Below, piece by piece: positions 8,926 to 18,917 of a stretch of DNA of 64,000 nt; the first letter of the stretch is position 1, and each line of letters opens with the position of its first letter. The translations under genes and the position numbers were made by a program. The notes under the pieces are model-generated. The model saw nothing but the letters and a program-made list of their open reading frames with translations, made no database searches and was not told where the DNA came from. The stretch comes from Methylotenera sp. (lineage in GTDB: Bacteria; Pseudomonadota; Gammaproteobacteria; Burkholderiales; Methylophilaceae): contig NZ_JAQSDC010000047.1 in NCBI RefSeq assembly GCF_029945705.1, positions 41,921 to 105,920 of the forward strand, in the 5' to 3' direction.

Positions 8926-11166
8926 TTACTGCTCTACGCAATCTACAAAGTAAGTCGCTTTACCATCTACAACCTGCTTTACTAAGCCATGATTATCAGC
9001 TTCAAAACCTGGGAATTTTTCATTAAATTCACGCGCGAATTTAAGGTAATTCACAATCACTTTGTTAAAGCGCTCACCTGGAATAAGTAGCGGAATGCCA
9101 GGTGGATAGGGCGTTAACAACACAGCGGTAATGCGACCTTCTAAATCATCAATCGGCACACGATCCATTTTACGGTGCGCCATTTTTGCGAATGCGTCGG
9201 TTGGCTTCATCGCTGGTACCATGTCAGATAGATACATCTCAGTAGTCAAGCGCGCAACATCATTTGCTTTATACACAGCATGGATTTGTTCACATAAGTC
9301 GCGTAGACCAATTTTTTCATATCGTGGCTGTTTTTGTATGAACTCAGGCAATACTTTCCATAGCGGTTGGTTCTTGTCATAGTCATCTTTAAATTGCTGT
9401 AAAGAGGCAACCATGGTATTCCAGCGACCTTTGGTAATGCCAATGGTAAACATGATGAAGAATGAATAAAGTCCAGTCTTCTCAACAATCACACCATGTT
9501 CAGCCAAGTATTTGGTCACAATGGCGGCAGGAATGCCGAACTTATCTGAGAAGTTACCTTTGATATCTAAGCCGGGAGTAATAATAGTAGCTTTGATAGG
9601 ATCAAGCATATTGAAGCCTGGCGCAAGATTGCCAAAGTCATGCCAAGCATCATTGGCTTTAAGCATCCAAGCATCACGCTCTTCTAAACCTTCTTCTGAC
9701 AAATCATCAGGACCCCAAACTTTAAACCACCAGTCAGTACCCCATTCTTCGTCGACCTTGCGCATTGCGCGACGGAAATCAAGCGCTTCCATCAAGCTTT
9801 CTTCGACCAACGCTGTGCCGCCTGGCGCTTCCATCATGGCGGCTGCCACATCAATACTTGCCACGATAGAGTATTGTGGGCTAGTTGATGTGTGCATCAA
9901 ATAAGCTTCGTTGAAGATGTCGCGGTCTAGTTTATTGTTTTCTGCATCTTGTACCAAAATTTGGCTTGCTTGGCTTAAGCCAGCGAGTAATTTATGCGTA
10001 GATTGCGTTGAAAATACCATGCTTTCTTTGCAACGTGGGCGACCTTCGCCGATTGCGTGGTAGTCACCATAGAAATCATGGAAAGTGGCGTGTGGAAGCC
10101 AAGCTTCATCAAAATGTAGCGTATCGATTTTGCCATCTAACATGTCTTTAATTTCTTCTACGTTATACAAAACGCCGTCATAAGTAGATTGTGTAATGGT
10201 TAACACACGTGGTTTAGAGGTTTTATCAATGATGAACGGATTGCGGTCGATTTTCTTTTGAATGTTTTCCCATTCAAACTCGCTTTTTGGAATCGGTCCA
10301 ATAATGCCAAAGTGATTACGTGTTGGCATTAAAAATACGGGAATTGCGCCCGTCATAATTATGGCGTGCAGTATAGATTTATGACAGTTACGATCTACAA
10401 CCACAACGTCACCTGGCGCAACAGTGGAGTTCCACACCATTTTGTTAGAGGTTGAAGTGCCGTTAGTCACAAAGTACAAATGGTCGCAGTTGTAAATGCG
10501 TGCAGCATTTTTTTCAGAAGCCGCCACTGGACCTGTGTGGTCAAGTAATTGACCTAGTTCATCCACCGCATTACAAACGTCTGCGCGGAGCATATTCTCA
10601 CCAAAGAACTGGTGAAACATTTGCCCGACAGGGGATTTCAAAAATGCCACACCACCAGAGTGACCTGGGCAGTGCCAAGAGTATGAGCCATCAGCTGCAT
10701 ACTCGGTCAGCGCTTTAAAGAATGGCGGTGGTAAGCTATCTAAATAAGCTTTAGCCTCACGCAGAATATAGCGAGCAACGAACTCAGGTGTATCTTCATA
10801 CATGTGAATGAAGCCGTTAAGTTCGCGCAAAATTTCATTTGGAATATGGCGTGACGTGCGTGTTTCACCGTGCAAGAAAATAGGAATTTCTTCATTGCGG
10901 TAGCGAATTTCGTCTACGAATTTTCGTAAGTTATCGAGCGCATCACGATTTCCTTCAATGAATTCATTATCATCAATCGACAGGATGAATGCTGACGCAC
11001 GACTTTGTTGCTGTACAAAAGAGGTGAGGTCGCCATAACTAGTGACGCCAAGCACTTCAAAACCTTCAGTTTCGATGGCTTTGGCAAGCATGCGTATGCC
11101 TAAACCAGATGAGTTTTCTGAGCGAAAATCTTCGTCGATAATGACAACGGGGAAACGAAATTTCAT
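8926..11166 (-). CDS. Arginine/lysine/ornithine decarboxylase (PLP, fold I, N-terminal wing domain)
   Basis: WHCPGHSGG, VTNGTSTSNK, DRNCHKS, HFDEAW, STHKLL PLP lysine; substrate not assignable by eye. Confidence 0.93.
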   Translation of the reverse strand: MKFRFPVVIIDEDFRSENSSGLGIRMLAKAIETEGFEVLGVTSYGDLTSFVQQQSRASAFILSIDDNEFIEGNRDALDNLRKFVDEIRYRNEEIPIFLHGETRTSRHIPNEILRELNGFIHMYEDTPEFVARYILREAKAYLDSLPPPFFKALTEYAADGSYSWHCPGHSGGVAFLKSPVGQMFHQFFGENMLRADVCNAVDELGQLLDHTGPVAASEKNAARIYNCDHLYFVTNGTSTSNKMVWNSTVAPGDVVVVDRNCHKSILHAIIMTGAIPVFLMPTRNHFGIIGPIPKSEFEWENIQKKIDRNPFIIDKTSKPRVLTITQSTYDGVLYNVEEIKDMLDGKIDTLHFDEAWLPHATFHDFYGDYHAIGEGRPRCKESMVFSTQSTHKLLAGLSQASQILVQDAENNKLDRDIFNEAYLMHTSTSPQYSIVASIDVAAAMMEAPGGTALVEESLMEALDFRRAMRKVDEEWGTDWWFKVWGPDDLSEEGLEERDAWMLKANDAWHDFGNLAPGFNMLDPIKATIITPGLDIKGNFSDKFGIPAAIVTKYLAEHGVIVEKTGLYSFFIMFTIGITKGRWNTMVASLQQFKDDYDKNQPLWKVLPEFIQKQPRYEKIGLRDLCEQIHAVYKANDVARLTTEMYLSDMVPAMKPTDAFAKMAHRKMDRVPIDDLEGRITAVLLTPYPPGIPLLIPGERFNKVIVNYLKFAREFNEKFPGFEADNHGLVKQVVDGKATYFVDCVEQ

Positions 11167-11215
11167 TAAATAGAAATCCTTAATTAAATCTTACAGGTAT
11201 TGAATACTACAAGTA

Positions 11216-11791
11216 TTAAATCTTAGGCAAGGTCACGCCAACTTGACCTTGGTATTTGCCGCCACGATCTTTGTAGCTAGTTTCGCACACATCATCTTCA
11301 TCAGCTTCAAAAAACAAGACTTGCGCACAGCCTTCATTTGCGTAGATTTTGGCTGGTAGCGGTGTGGTGTTGCTGAACTCTAATGTGACATAGCCTTCCC
11401 ACTCTGGCTCAAATGGTGTGACGTTAACGATAATGCCGCAGCGTGCGTAGGTTGATTTGCCCAGGCAAATCGTGAGTACATTACGTGGAATGCGGAAGTA
11501 CTCTACGGTACGTGCTAGCGCAAATGAATTTGGCGGAATGATGCAGTAATCAGCATTCACTTCAACAAATGAATTTGGATCAAAGTTTTTTGGGTCAACA
11601 ATGGTGCTGTTGATGTTAGTGAACAGCTTAAACTCTTTGCTGCAGCGAATATCGTAACCGTAGCTTGAAGTGCCGTATGACACCATACGCTCGCCATTGG
11701 CATTCTGTTTGACTTGATTTGGCTCGAACGGCTCTATCATGCCATGTTGCTCCGCCATGCGGCGTATCCATTTATCTGATTTTATGCTCAT
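11216..11791 (-). CDS. dcd: dCTP deaminase (likely start ATG 11791)
   Basis: [40 protein letters not shown]. Confidence 0.96.
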   Translation of the reverse strand: MSIKSDKWIRRMAEQHGMIEPFEPNQVKQNANGERMVSYGTSSYGYDIRCSKEFKLFTNINSTIVDPKNFDPNSFVEVNADYCIIPPNSFALARTVEYFRIPRNVLTICLGKSTYARCGIIVNVTPFEPEWEGYVTLEFSNTTPLPAKIYANEGCAQVLFFEADEDDVCETSYKDRGGKYQGQVGVTLPKI

Positions 11792-12230
11792 AGTTATACT
11801 CAAAAAAAATAAAATTACCCAATCAACTTTAGTTGGGCATTATAAAGTGCATTGTGTTATTTTGTGTGAAATAACGCGGATAAAATTGAATCAATTCGCT
11901 CAATATTTGAATGGAATCAAACCGCACTCAACGCTATATTGGATGCATGAAACAACCGTTTAAGCTGGTAAGTTTTGTTAGCGTACAACAAACTTAAACG
12001 CATTAAAACTGCTTAAAAAATAGGCAAAATAAGCTGCATATTATTTAATCAGCCTGCGAGCCTTATTCTGAGCGGCTTCCAGAGGTATTTTTCCGCTCGG
12101 AGCTAATATGGGGGGGTGGTTTTGGTGTTTAAAAATCCTTGAATTGGATACCGGGAACTTCCAATCAATGGAGTCCACATTCATTTATAAAATCATAGAC
12201 CACATTGATTTAATCCTTACATGGCTTTTT

Positions 12231-12308
12231 GTAGGATGGGCAACTCGTTTGCCACACGCTGTGGAATGAAGTTGGCGTCAACGCGTGAGCAGAATCTGCC
12301 CACCCTAC
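12231..12308. repeat. GTAG-family REP doublet (REPIN-like, inverted pair)
   Basis: Left GTAGG-ATGGGCA-ACTCGTT-TGCCACAC-GC; right (reverse complement) GTAGG-GTGGGCAG-ATT-CTGCTCAC-GC; about 23 nt spacer. Confidence 0.7.
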
Positions 12309-12328
12309 TTGGCTGAGTGAGCATATAC

Positions 12329-12940
12329 TTATGCGTGATTAACTTGTGCTATTTCTTTAGCTATTTTTTCTAAATGTGCATCGAGTTCTTTCGCTTTTTT
12401 AGATTTATTTCTGTACCAATTTACACAGTAACAAATTAGCCCAATGTGAATGGCTACAGTCACATAACCACTCGTAAAATTAAGCATTAATATATAAATT
12501 GCTATCGCTATACAAGCTTTTATAAGAAATTTCATCACAGATTGTTCTGGGAAAAACAAAAGATTAATCAACTCTGCTCCACCGAGAATTTGCCAGTGTC
12601 TTTCTGCGTCGTGGTTAAACAATGATGCGTAATATCTGTCTTTACCTACAAACCCTGCTAAAACCAACGTCACTTTTTGACCAACTGCTAACGGAATATC
12701 TTTGCCGCGCAGATTAATCGCATGCTGCTTACCCGCCTCATCTTTAATCCAAAACTCGTGAACAGTGGTCACTGTTGAATGCACGCTTGCCGCAGCTACA
12801 TTTCCACCATATTGAGCATCAACATATCCCCCGCCGCCACTTGAACTTACATGTGTTTCACTGAATTTATGATTACTAAACACTTCACCAGTTTGCTTCG
12901 AAAATTCAATTTTTTTATGTTGCCATGTAAAATTTTCCAA
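12329..12940 (-). CDS. Hypothetical membrane protein, paralog A (TTG start)
   Basis: SETHVSSSGGGG...HEFWIK...DIPL.VGQK motif shared with 13063-13698; C-terminal TM pair. Confidence 0.75.
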   Translation of the reverse strand: MENFTWQHKKIEFSKQTGEVFSNHKFSETHVSSSGGGGYVDAQYGGNVAAASVHSTVTTVHEFWIKDEAGKQHAINLRGKDIPLAVGQKVTLVLAGFVGKDRYYASLFNHDAERHWQILGGAELINLLFFPEQSVMKFLIKACIAIAIYILMLNFTSGYVTVAIHIGLICYCVNWYRNKSKKAKELDAHLEKIAKEIAQVNHA

Positions 12941-13062
12941 ACTATGCCCCTTTTAAAAATGTTTTTAAGTATTAAATAAATGACACTCCCGTACAAATCA
13001 ATGCATGAGTCTGAGTGGACTAACTCTGCTATATTTCAGTGCAATATATTTGGTTCTTGCAC

Positions 13063-13698
13063 CTAAGCTTGATTAGCCTGCGCTATTTCTTTAGCCATTT
13101 TTTCTAATTGCGCGTCCAGCGCGTTTGCACTTTTGCTATCTTTCATCAGTTTTGAAAAAGTACTGTAAATACCCCAAGCGAAAATGGCAAGAGCCACATA
13201 GCCATTAATGTAGTACCACACAAGCAAAGGGACAATCACGTAAGCAATAATTTTAATGTTAAATAGCCATAGTATTAAATCTAGTTCGTAAAGATGCGTT
13301 TTAGGAAAAATATGGTTATATAATCTTGTTGCATCTGAAATAATCCAATGCTTTTTAGCATTATGGTTATACAGCACGACGTAATAGCCTTTTTCTGCAC
13401 CAAGAAGTTTGCCTGCTATGAGTGTAATTTTTTGACCTACCTTTAACGGAATATCATTGTCGTACAGCTGGACAGCACGCTCAGTACCGTCTTCTTCTTT
13501 AATCCAAAACTCATGATTAATAGTCACGGTGCTGCTGACTTGTGCAGCGGCCACATGGCCGCCATATTGCGGGTCAACATGTCCACCGCCACCACTGGAG
13601 CTTACATGCGTTTCGCTCACTTTATTGGTGCTGAGCACTTCACCAGTCTTCGTCCAAAATTCAAACGTTTTACCATCATGCCATGTAAAGTTTTCCAT
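13063..13698 (-). CDS. Hypothetical membrane protein, paralog B
   Basis: Same N-terminal motif and C-terminal LDAxLEKxAKEIAQ as paralog A; TM pair. Confidence 0.75.
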   Translation of the reverse strand: MENFTWHDGKTFEFWTKTGEVLSTNKVSETHVSSSGGGGHVDPQYGGHVAAAQVSSTVTINHEFWIKEEDGTERAVQLYDNDIPLKVGQKITLIAGKLLGAEKGYYVVLYNHNAKKHWIISDATRLYNHIFPKTHLYELDLILWLFNIKIIAYVIVPLLVWYYINGYVALAIFAWGIYSTFSKLMKDSKSANALDAQLEKMAKEIAQANQA

Positions 13699-13757
13699 TA
13701 TTTCCTACCCTTTTATTATTGAGCGATTAAAGTCTTTAGCGTCATTTAATCAGCCAT

Positions 13758-15134
13758 TTAAAGGTTAGGCACGGCGCGGCTTTTGGCTTTTGTGGCATCT
13801 TGATTTGCGGCAGCATCTGATTGCCCGCTAAGATAAGCAAAGCCATCCACAATTGCATTCAAAAATCCATTGTTGTCTATTAATGCAGTTGTTACTACTG
13901 TAGTTGGGCCTTTCAAATTACTTGCCGGATCCATTTCTAATACGCTTCCACAGGCTGGATTTAAACCAAAAATTGGCTGTCCTTTTTTATAAACATTTAT
14001 ATTGTTGAAGATATTGTTAAATTTAGAGTGAGCATCAATAACTTTACAGTTACCTTCTGCCTTAATAGCGCTCGGTGCCTTGATAAGGTTTCCTTTAGAA
14101 TCAAAGAACCATAGCGATCTACCTGTGGTGTTATTAGCTACCCCATACTTGCTGTTCAATTGATCATGTAGATTGCTAACATCAACTTCATTTCCAACAG
14201 CAAACCTTATTAAACGTTTGACTTTTACTACTCGTGCATCTGGTGGTGGAGATAAACTAACGTCTAACCTGTCACTTTGAATTGTTTTGCTAGCACTGTT
14301 GTAAGTGGGGGTTTCTGCTATCAACTGCCAAACAAAGGGGGCTGTTTTGGTCGAAATGGCACCTGTAAATGCTAATTCTGACACTGGATCGCTTTGATTA
14401 TTGTAACTTTTAAAATGAGCAGTCATGATGCGCTTAGCCTCTGCGGCAGTCATACCTAAACTAATCCCTGCAATGCTAGGCGCTGATTTATCTGTTGCTG
14501 AATTGTTTGTTTGTGATGCGGATGAATTAGCAGCAGGCGCAACAATTTCAGTTTTGGCAGTATCAACTGGGGCGCTAGCGTTATTCATCGCATACACCAT
14601 CTGCTTGCCATAAAGCGGTGTGCCTTTTTTATCGGCTACTTGAATGCTGCCATCTTGCATCAAGCCTGCTAACGCGCGATAGTTACCTACTTTTTCATTG
14701 GTTACCGAGAGGCTGCTACCTAAATTTTGTGACAGCAGCGTATAGGTTTTTGTACTGGTGGCGACAGGTTGCTCAATCACCACGGTCAGGCAGCCGCCCG
14801 AGCCACAATTCATAGAATCACTACTTTGCAAGATAATTTCTACACGCCCATCGTCGTTTAAATCGGCGGAGCCTACTAGGTATCTGCCCTCCATCACATC
14901 TCTGGCATCTTCAATTTTTGAGAGCACAGTTTTTAGTTTGGCGTTGCCTTCTTTAAAGATAAGCGGTTTTGTCACTGTGAAAAACTGCTCTGCAACCGCG
15001 TTGAATGTTTGGGTAATTGTTGCAAGCAATACTAGTGTTGATGCTAGTTTGGTGATGGAGCGCACTCTATGGTTATGTTTGATTTCTGGCTGTTTAATAT
15101 GCATCATTGTTATCCTTTTAGTAGATTTAAACAA
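13758..15134 (-). CDS. Hypothetical secreted two-domain protein
   Basis: Signal-peptide-like segment ending AVA; DLNDDG..E and CGSGGC N-domain; Ala/Ser/Thr linker; C-domain starting SIAGISLGMT. Confidence 0.7.
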   Translation of the reverse strand: MFKSTKRITMMHIKQPEIKHNHRVRSITKLASTLVLLATITQTFNAVAEQFFTVTKPLIFKEGNAKLKTVLSKIEDARDVMEGRYLVGSADLNDDGRVEIILQSSDSMNCGSGGCLTVVIEQPVATSTKTYTLLSQNLGSSLSVTNEKVGNYRALAGLMQDGSIQVADKKGTPLYGKQMVYAMNNASAPVDTAKTEIVAPAANSSASQTNNSATDKSAPSIAGISLGMTAAEAKRIMTAHFKSYNNQSDPVSELAFTGAISTKTAPFVWQLIAETPTYNSASKTIQSDRLDVSLSPPPDARVVKVKRLIRFAVGNEVDVSNLHDQLNSKYGVANNTTGRSLWFFDSKGNLIKAPSAIKAEGNCKVIDAHSKFNNIFNNINVYKKGQPIFGLNPACGSVLEMDPASNLKGPTTVVTTALIDNNGFLNAIVDGFAYLSGQSDAAANQDATKAKSRAVPNL

Positions 15135-15337
15135 AAATTTTGATGCAAGTGACCATCGAGCCTAATGCAGCAAATATTCTTTCAAGATAGCATAAAGGCG
15201 TAGCAGAAATCTAGCGCAAGAAGAGCATTTTTGGCAATAAATTTAAGTTTGATTGAACCTAGCTTTTAGAGGCCACTCAGTTATGGAAATCAATGAGTTA
15301 CAAGCCCCATTGATTTCTCAAAACATCAGCAATTCAC

Positions 15338-16843
15338 TTAATGCTTATCCCCACCTAATTCAATACTGTAACGCCAGAATTGATCTTTTGTTTCAAAAAT
15401 CACGCTAGACTCTTCAGGGTCACGGCTGCCAGCGGCGTATTGGTGTAATGGCGTACTGTCTGCAGCCCAAGCTTTAACAATTGGATCAACCAAACGCCAT
15501 TGCGCTTCTACTTCGCTAATGTGTAGATACTGTGATGGATCGCCTTCCATTAGATTCAGCATCAGCGTCTCATAAGAGTCAATAGTTTCATCTTCTTTTT
15601 GACGTTGAGGCGCATCAATACTTAAAGTGCGTGTGGCAATATCTAAACCAGGAATTTTTGATTCGATTTCTAGTTTGATGCATTCACGCGGCTGAATATT
15701 GATCGTTAGCCAGTTTTGGTGTTGACCATCGACTAATTGCAATGGAGATTTTTTGAAGCGAATTGAAATTGCAGTGTTACCTTCATGCATGCGTTTAGCT
15801 GTGCGCACATAAAACGGCACGCCTTGCCAGCGTGGGTTATCAATAAAAAATTTCACTGCGGCATAGGTTTCAGTAATGCTTAAATCAACGCCATCACGTT
15901 TAAGTTCTTCTAAATAGCCTTGTACGTTTTCGCCATGACCATCAGCAGCACATACACGTCCAGCTTTATATTGTGCGCGGAACGCTTGTTTATTGATATT
16001 GCTAACATCAACGGGGCGAATCGATTGAAGTAACTTAACTTTTTCTGCGCGAATACTTTCTGGCTGCAAGTCTTTTGGTTTCTCCATCGCAGTAAGCGCC
16101 AAGGTTTGTAATAAATGGCTTTGCATCATGTCGCGCAATGCGCCAGTGGCATCGTAAAAGGTTGTACGCTCGCCCACACCTAAAGTTTCGTTATTAGTGA
16201 TTTGCACATGGTCAATATGCTCTTTGTTCCATAATGGTTCAAATATCGCGTTGGCAAAACGTGTCAACATTATGCCTTGTACTGCTGATTTACCTAGGTA
16301 ATGGTCAATACGGTAGATTTGACTCTCTTTTAAGTGCTTGGTTAGTCTAGATTGCAAATCTTGAGCAGAAGCTAAATCAGTGCCAAATGGCTTCTCAATC
16401 AACACGCGGCGCCAGTATTGGCTCTCATCCAGCAAGCCTACTTGTGAAAGTTGCTCAACAACTGGTGCAAAGTCAGTAGGACGTACTGATAAGAAGTAAG
16501 CAAAATTTTGCGGAAAGGTCTTCGCATCATTTAAGGTAGCGCTCATTTTTTTGTAAGCATCTGGGTCGCTAGAAGCATTCGCAAAGTAATGGTTACGCGC
16601 GATAAAGCGTTCAAACACTTGTTGATCGTAACCGTTTTTGAATTTGGCATCTAACATGCCTTTAATGTCTGCTAACCAATCTTCGCGTGATACTTCGCTA
16701 CGGCCTACTGAAAGGATAGCCATGTGTTCTGGCAGGCGACCAGCAGCATCTAAGCGGAACAGGCCAGGCATTAATTTGACTCGTGATAGGTTGCCGCTAG
16801 CGCCAAACAATACCAGCGTACAAGGATCTATTTTTTTAACCAT
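15338..16843 (-). CDS. zwf: Glucose-6-phosphate 1-dehydrogenase
   Basis: FGASGNL, IEKPFG, RIDHYLGK, LRDMMQSHLLQ, WQGVPFYVRTAK. Confidence 0.96.
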   Translation of the reverse strand: MVKKIDPCTLVLFGASGNLSRVKLMPGLFRLDAAGRLPEHMAILSVGRSEVSREDWLADIKGMLDAKFKNGYDQQVFERFIARNHYFANASSDPDAYKKMSATLNDAKTFPQNFAYFLSVRPTDFAPVVEQLSQVGLLDESQYWRRVLIEKPFGTDLASAQDLQSRLTKHLKESQIYRIDHYLGKSAVQGIMLTRFANAIFEPLWNKEHIDHVQITNNETLGVGERTTFYDATGALRDMMQSHLLQTLALTAMEKPKDLQPESIRAEKVKLLQSIRPVDVSNINKQAFRAQYKAGRVCAADGHGENVQGYLEELKRDGVDLSITETYAAVKFFIDNPRWQGVPFYVRTAKRMHEGNTAISIRFKKSPLQLVDGQHQNWLTINIQPRECIKLEIESKIPGLDIATRTLSIDAPQRQKEDETIDSYETLMLNLMEGDPSQYLHISEVEAQWRLVDPIVKAWAADSTPLHQYAAGSRDPEESSVIFETKDQFWRYSIELGGDKH

Positions 16844-16933
16844 GATGTGAGAAAAACCTTAAATTGGATTTTAAAAAAGTGTGAAATTTAATTGTGTGTA
16901 TTTAATTAAGTGCATTAGTAAAACTGATTATTT

Positions 16934-17758
16934 CTAATGGCGCGCTTCAGCCGAGACATCTGACTCCATATCCAAATCACCCCAGCCTAAACGGCGATTG
17001 AACAGTTCAAGCAATAAATCCCAGCTTAAACGTGACAGTGCAGGGTCGTAACGGTGACCTTCATCACGCATGAATGCGTGTTGACCATTAAACTCATGCC
17101 ACGTGTAGCGTGTGCCAACCTCATCGAGGCGTGCTTTCACCATATTACGACCTTCTAACGGTACGTGCGGATCTTGGCGTCCCCAGATATGTAATAGCTC
17201 ACCTTTAATTTCGCCAGCACGCTCTAATGAATTATCATTTTTGCCTAAACCTAAGGATTTTTTGTGAATGTCTGTTGCGTAAAAACATACTGCAGCCCGC
17301 ACTTCTGGGTTCATAGCAGCTCGAAAAGCAAGGTGTCCGCCTATGCAGATACCCATCACACCTAAACGGCCTGTACAGTCACTACGTGATTTAAGATAAT
17401 CTAATACAGCCTTAGCGTCACTATCGTAAGCATCTACAGGTTTGGTGGTTTTTAGTTCATTGCCACGTGTCGTGCCAGCCTCATCGTAAGCGAGTACAGT
17501 ACCTAGCGGCTCAAATTCATGATAAATTTCTGGACATGCAACAATAAAGCCGTGACCAGCTAGCATGGCTGCTGTTCGACGAATCGGTGCAGTGATTTGA
17601 AATATTTCAGAAAACATCAAAATAGCAGGGTATTTACCTGGCGCTGCAGGGCGAAATATATGTGCGCGCATTTCACCTGTTGGTGTATTAAGGTCAACAA
17701 CTTCACTGTCTTTAATTAACATTGTGTGTTCCGAATAGAAGCTATTTACAATAGCCAT
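16934..17758 (-). CDS. Dienelactone hydrolase family protein (alternative start 17722)
   Basis: SEIFQ, GICIGG nucleophile Cys, QDPHVP Asp, QHAF His. Confidence 0.9.
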   Translation of the reverse strand: MAIVNSFYSEHTMLIKDSEVVDLNTPTGEMRAHIFRPAAPGKYPAILMFSEIFQITAPIRRTAAMLAGHGFIVACPEIYHEFEPLGTVLAYDEAGTTRGNELKTTKPVDAYDSDAKAVLDYLKSRSDCTGRLGVMGICIGGHLAFRAAMNPEVRAAVCFYATDIHKKSLGLGKNDNSLERAGEIKGELLHIWGRQDPHVPLEGRNMVKARLDEVGTRYTWHEFNGQHAFMRDEGHRYDPALSRLSWDLLLELFNRRLGWGDLDMESDVSAEARH

Positions 17759-17883
17759 ATATGATAAAGCAAGCAGGCAAATTCATACAGTGATTTGATG
17801 GAAAAAGTATAAAAAGCATGACAATTTTCTCGATTTCGTGTCCAATTCGGTCTGATTAATTTTTGATATTGAAATGAGCAATA

Positions 17884-18570
17884 ATGCAGGAAAAAAATAC
17901 TGGCAGATGGCAATCCTTTGAGAGTATAGAGTCGCTAAGGCATGATGTTTGTGACGCTATTGTAAAGAGCGCAAATGAAGCTATTGCTAAGCGTGGTAGG
18001 TTTTTAATTGTTCTCGCTGGCGGCAACACACCTAAAGCAATTTACGGGGCGTTACGTGATTTACCGATGGATTGGTCAAAATGGCATGTATACCATGGCG
18101 ATGAGCGTTGTTTGCCTGTTGACCATGAAGATCGAAATAGCCTGATGGCAAATCAGGTTTGGCTTAATCATGTCGATATTCCCGCACAGCAAGTTCACGA
18201 TATACCTGCGGAATTGGGAGCTATAGAAGGGGCGAAAGCTTATGCTAAAACACTTGCTGGGGCACCAACCTTTGATATGGTTTTGTTAGGCTTGGGTGAG
18301 GACGGCCATACCGCCTCTCTATTTCCAAATCATGTGGTCGATAACAGTGCAGATGCCGTGCCAGTATTTAACTCTCCAAAACCCCCTGCAGAACGCATCA
18401 CCATTAGTCAGAATCGCTTAAATAATACGCATGCAGTGATTTTTATGGTGACAGGTGCTGGTAAGCAAGAGGCTGTGGATAACTGGCGTAAAGGTGTCAA
18501 AATTCCAGCGACTTTAATTTCGCCAGCGAATGGGGTTGATGTTTATTGTTATGAAGTAAAAGTGAGATAA
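17884..18570 (+). CDS. pgl: 6-phosphogluconolactonase
   Basis: LAGGNTP, GDERC, LLGLGEDGHTASLFP, KPPAERIT. Confidence 0.95.
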   Translation: MQEKNTGRWQSFESIESLRHDVCDAIVKSANEAIAKRGRFLIVLAGGNTPKAIYGALRDLPMDWSKWHVYHGDERCLPVDHEDRNSLMANQVWLNHVDIPAQQVHDIPAELGAIEGAKAYAKTLAGAPTFDMVLLGLGEDGHTASLFPNHVVDNSADAVPVFNSPKPPAERITISQNRLNNTHAVIFMVTGAGKQEAVDNWRKGVKIPATLISPANGVDVYCYEVKVR

Positions 18571-18917
18571 TATACAAATTATTTGTATAAAAGTGGGTGG
18601 TTGTGGCTTTTATGTTCTTATAATAGACATATGCCTTTAGATAAGGGTTTGTGTAACATTTTGTAACATATTTTTAGTGTTATTTTTAACTTTCTACTAG
18701 AAAATTCTTGATAACTAGTGCAAATTTGTGGTATTTTTCGTGTTAATGGCATAAATGAATATAGAAAATTTGAATATATTCAATAAAAACAAGCCATACA
18801 TCGTTTGTATCATTTAGTATCGAGTTTATTTAAGTTAATTCTTAAACAAAAATTACTTTGAATATCTAAAGATATAAACACATTAGGGGTTTTATCTTAA
18901 ATATATGGAGTAACCCC

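Noticed and set aside
11739-11963. 74-aa ORF
   Set aside because: Antisense to the dcd start and promoter, no RBS or recognisable motif.
15286-15317. GAAATCAATG...CATTGATTTC hairpin containing an IHF-like AATCAATGAGTTA, considered as an island boundary
   Set aside because: No tRNA, integrase or direct repeat nearby; more simply a zwf 3' stem-loop.
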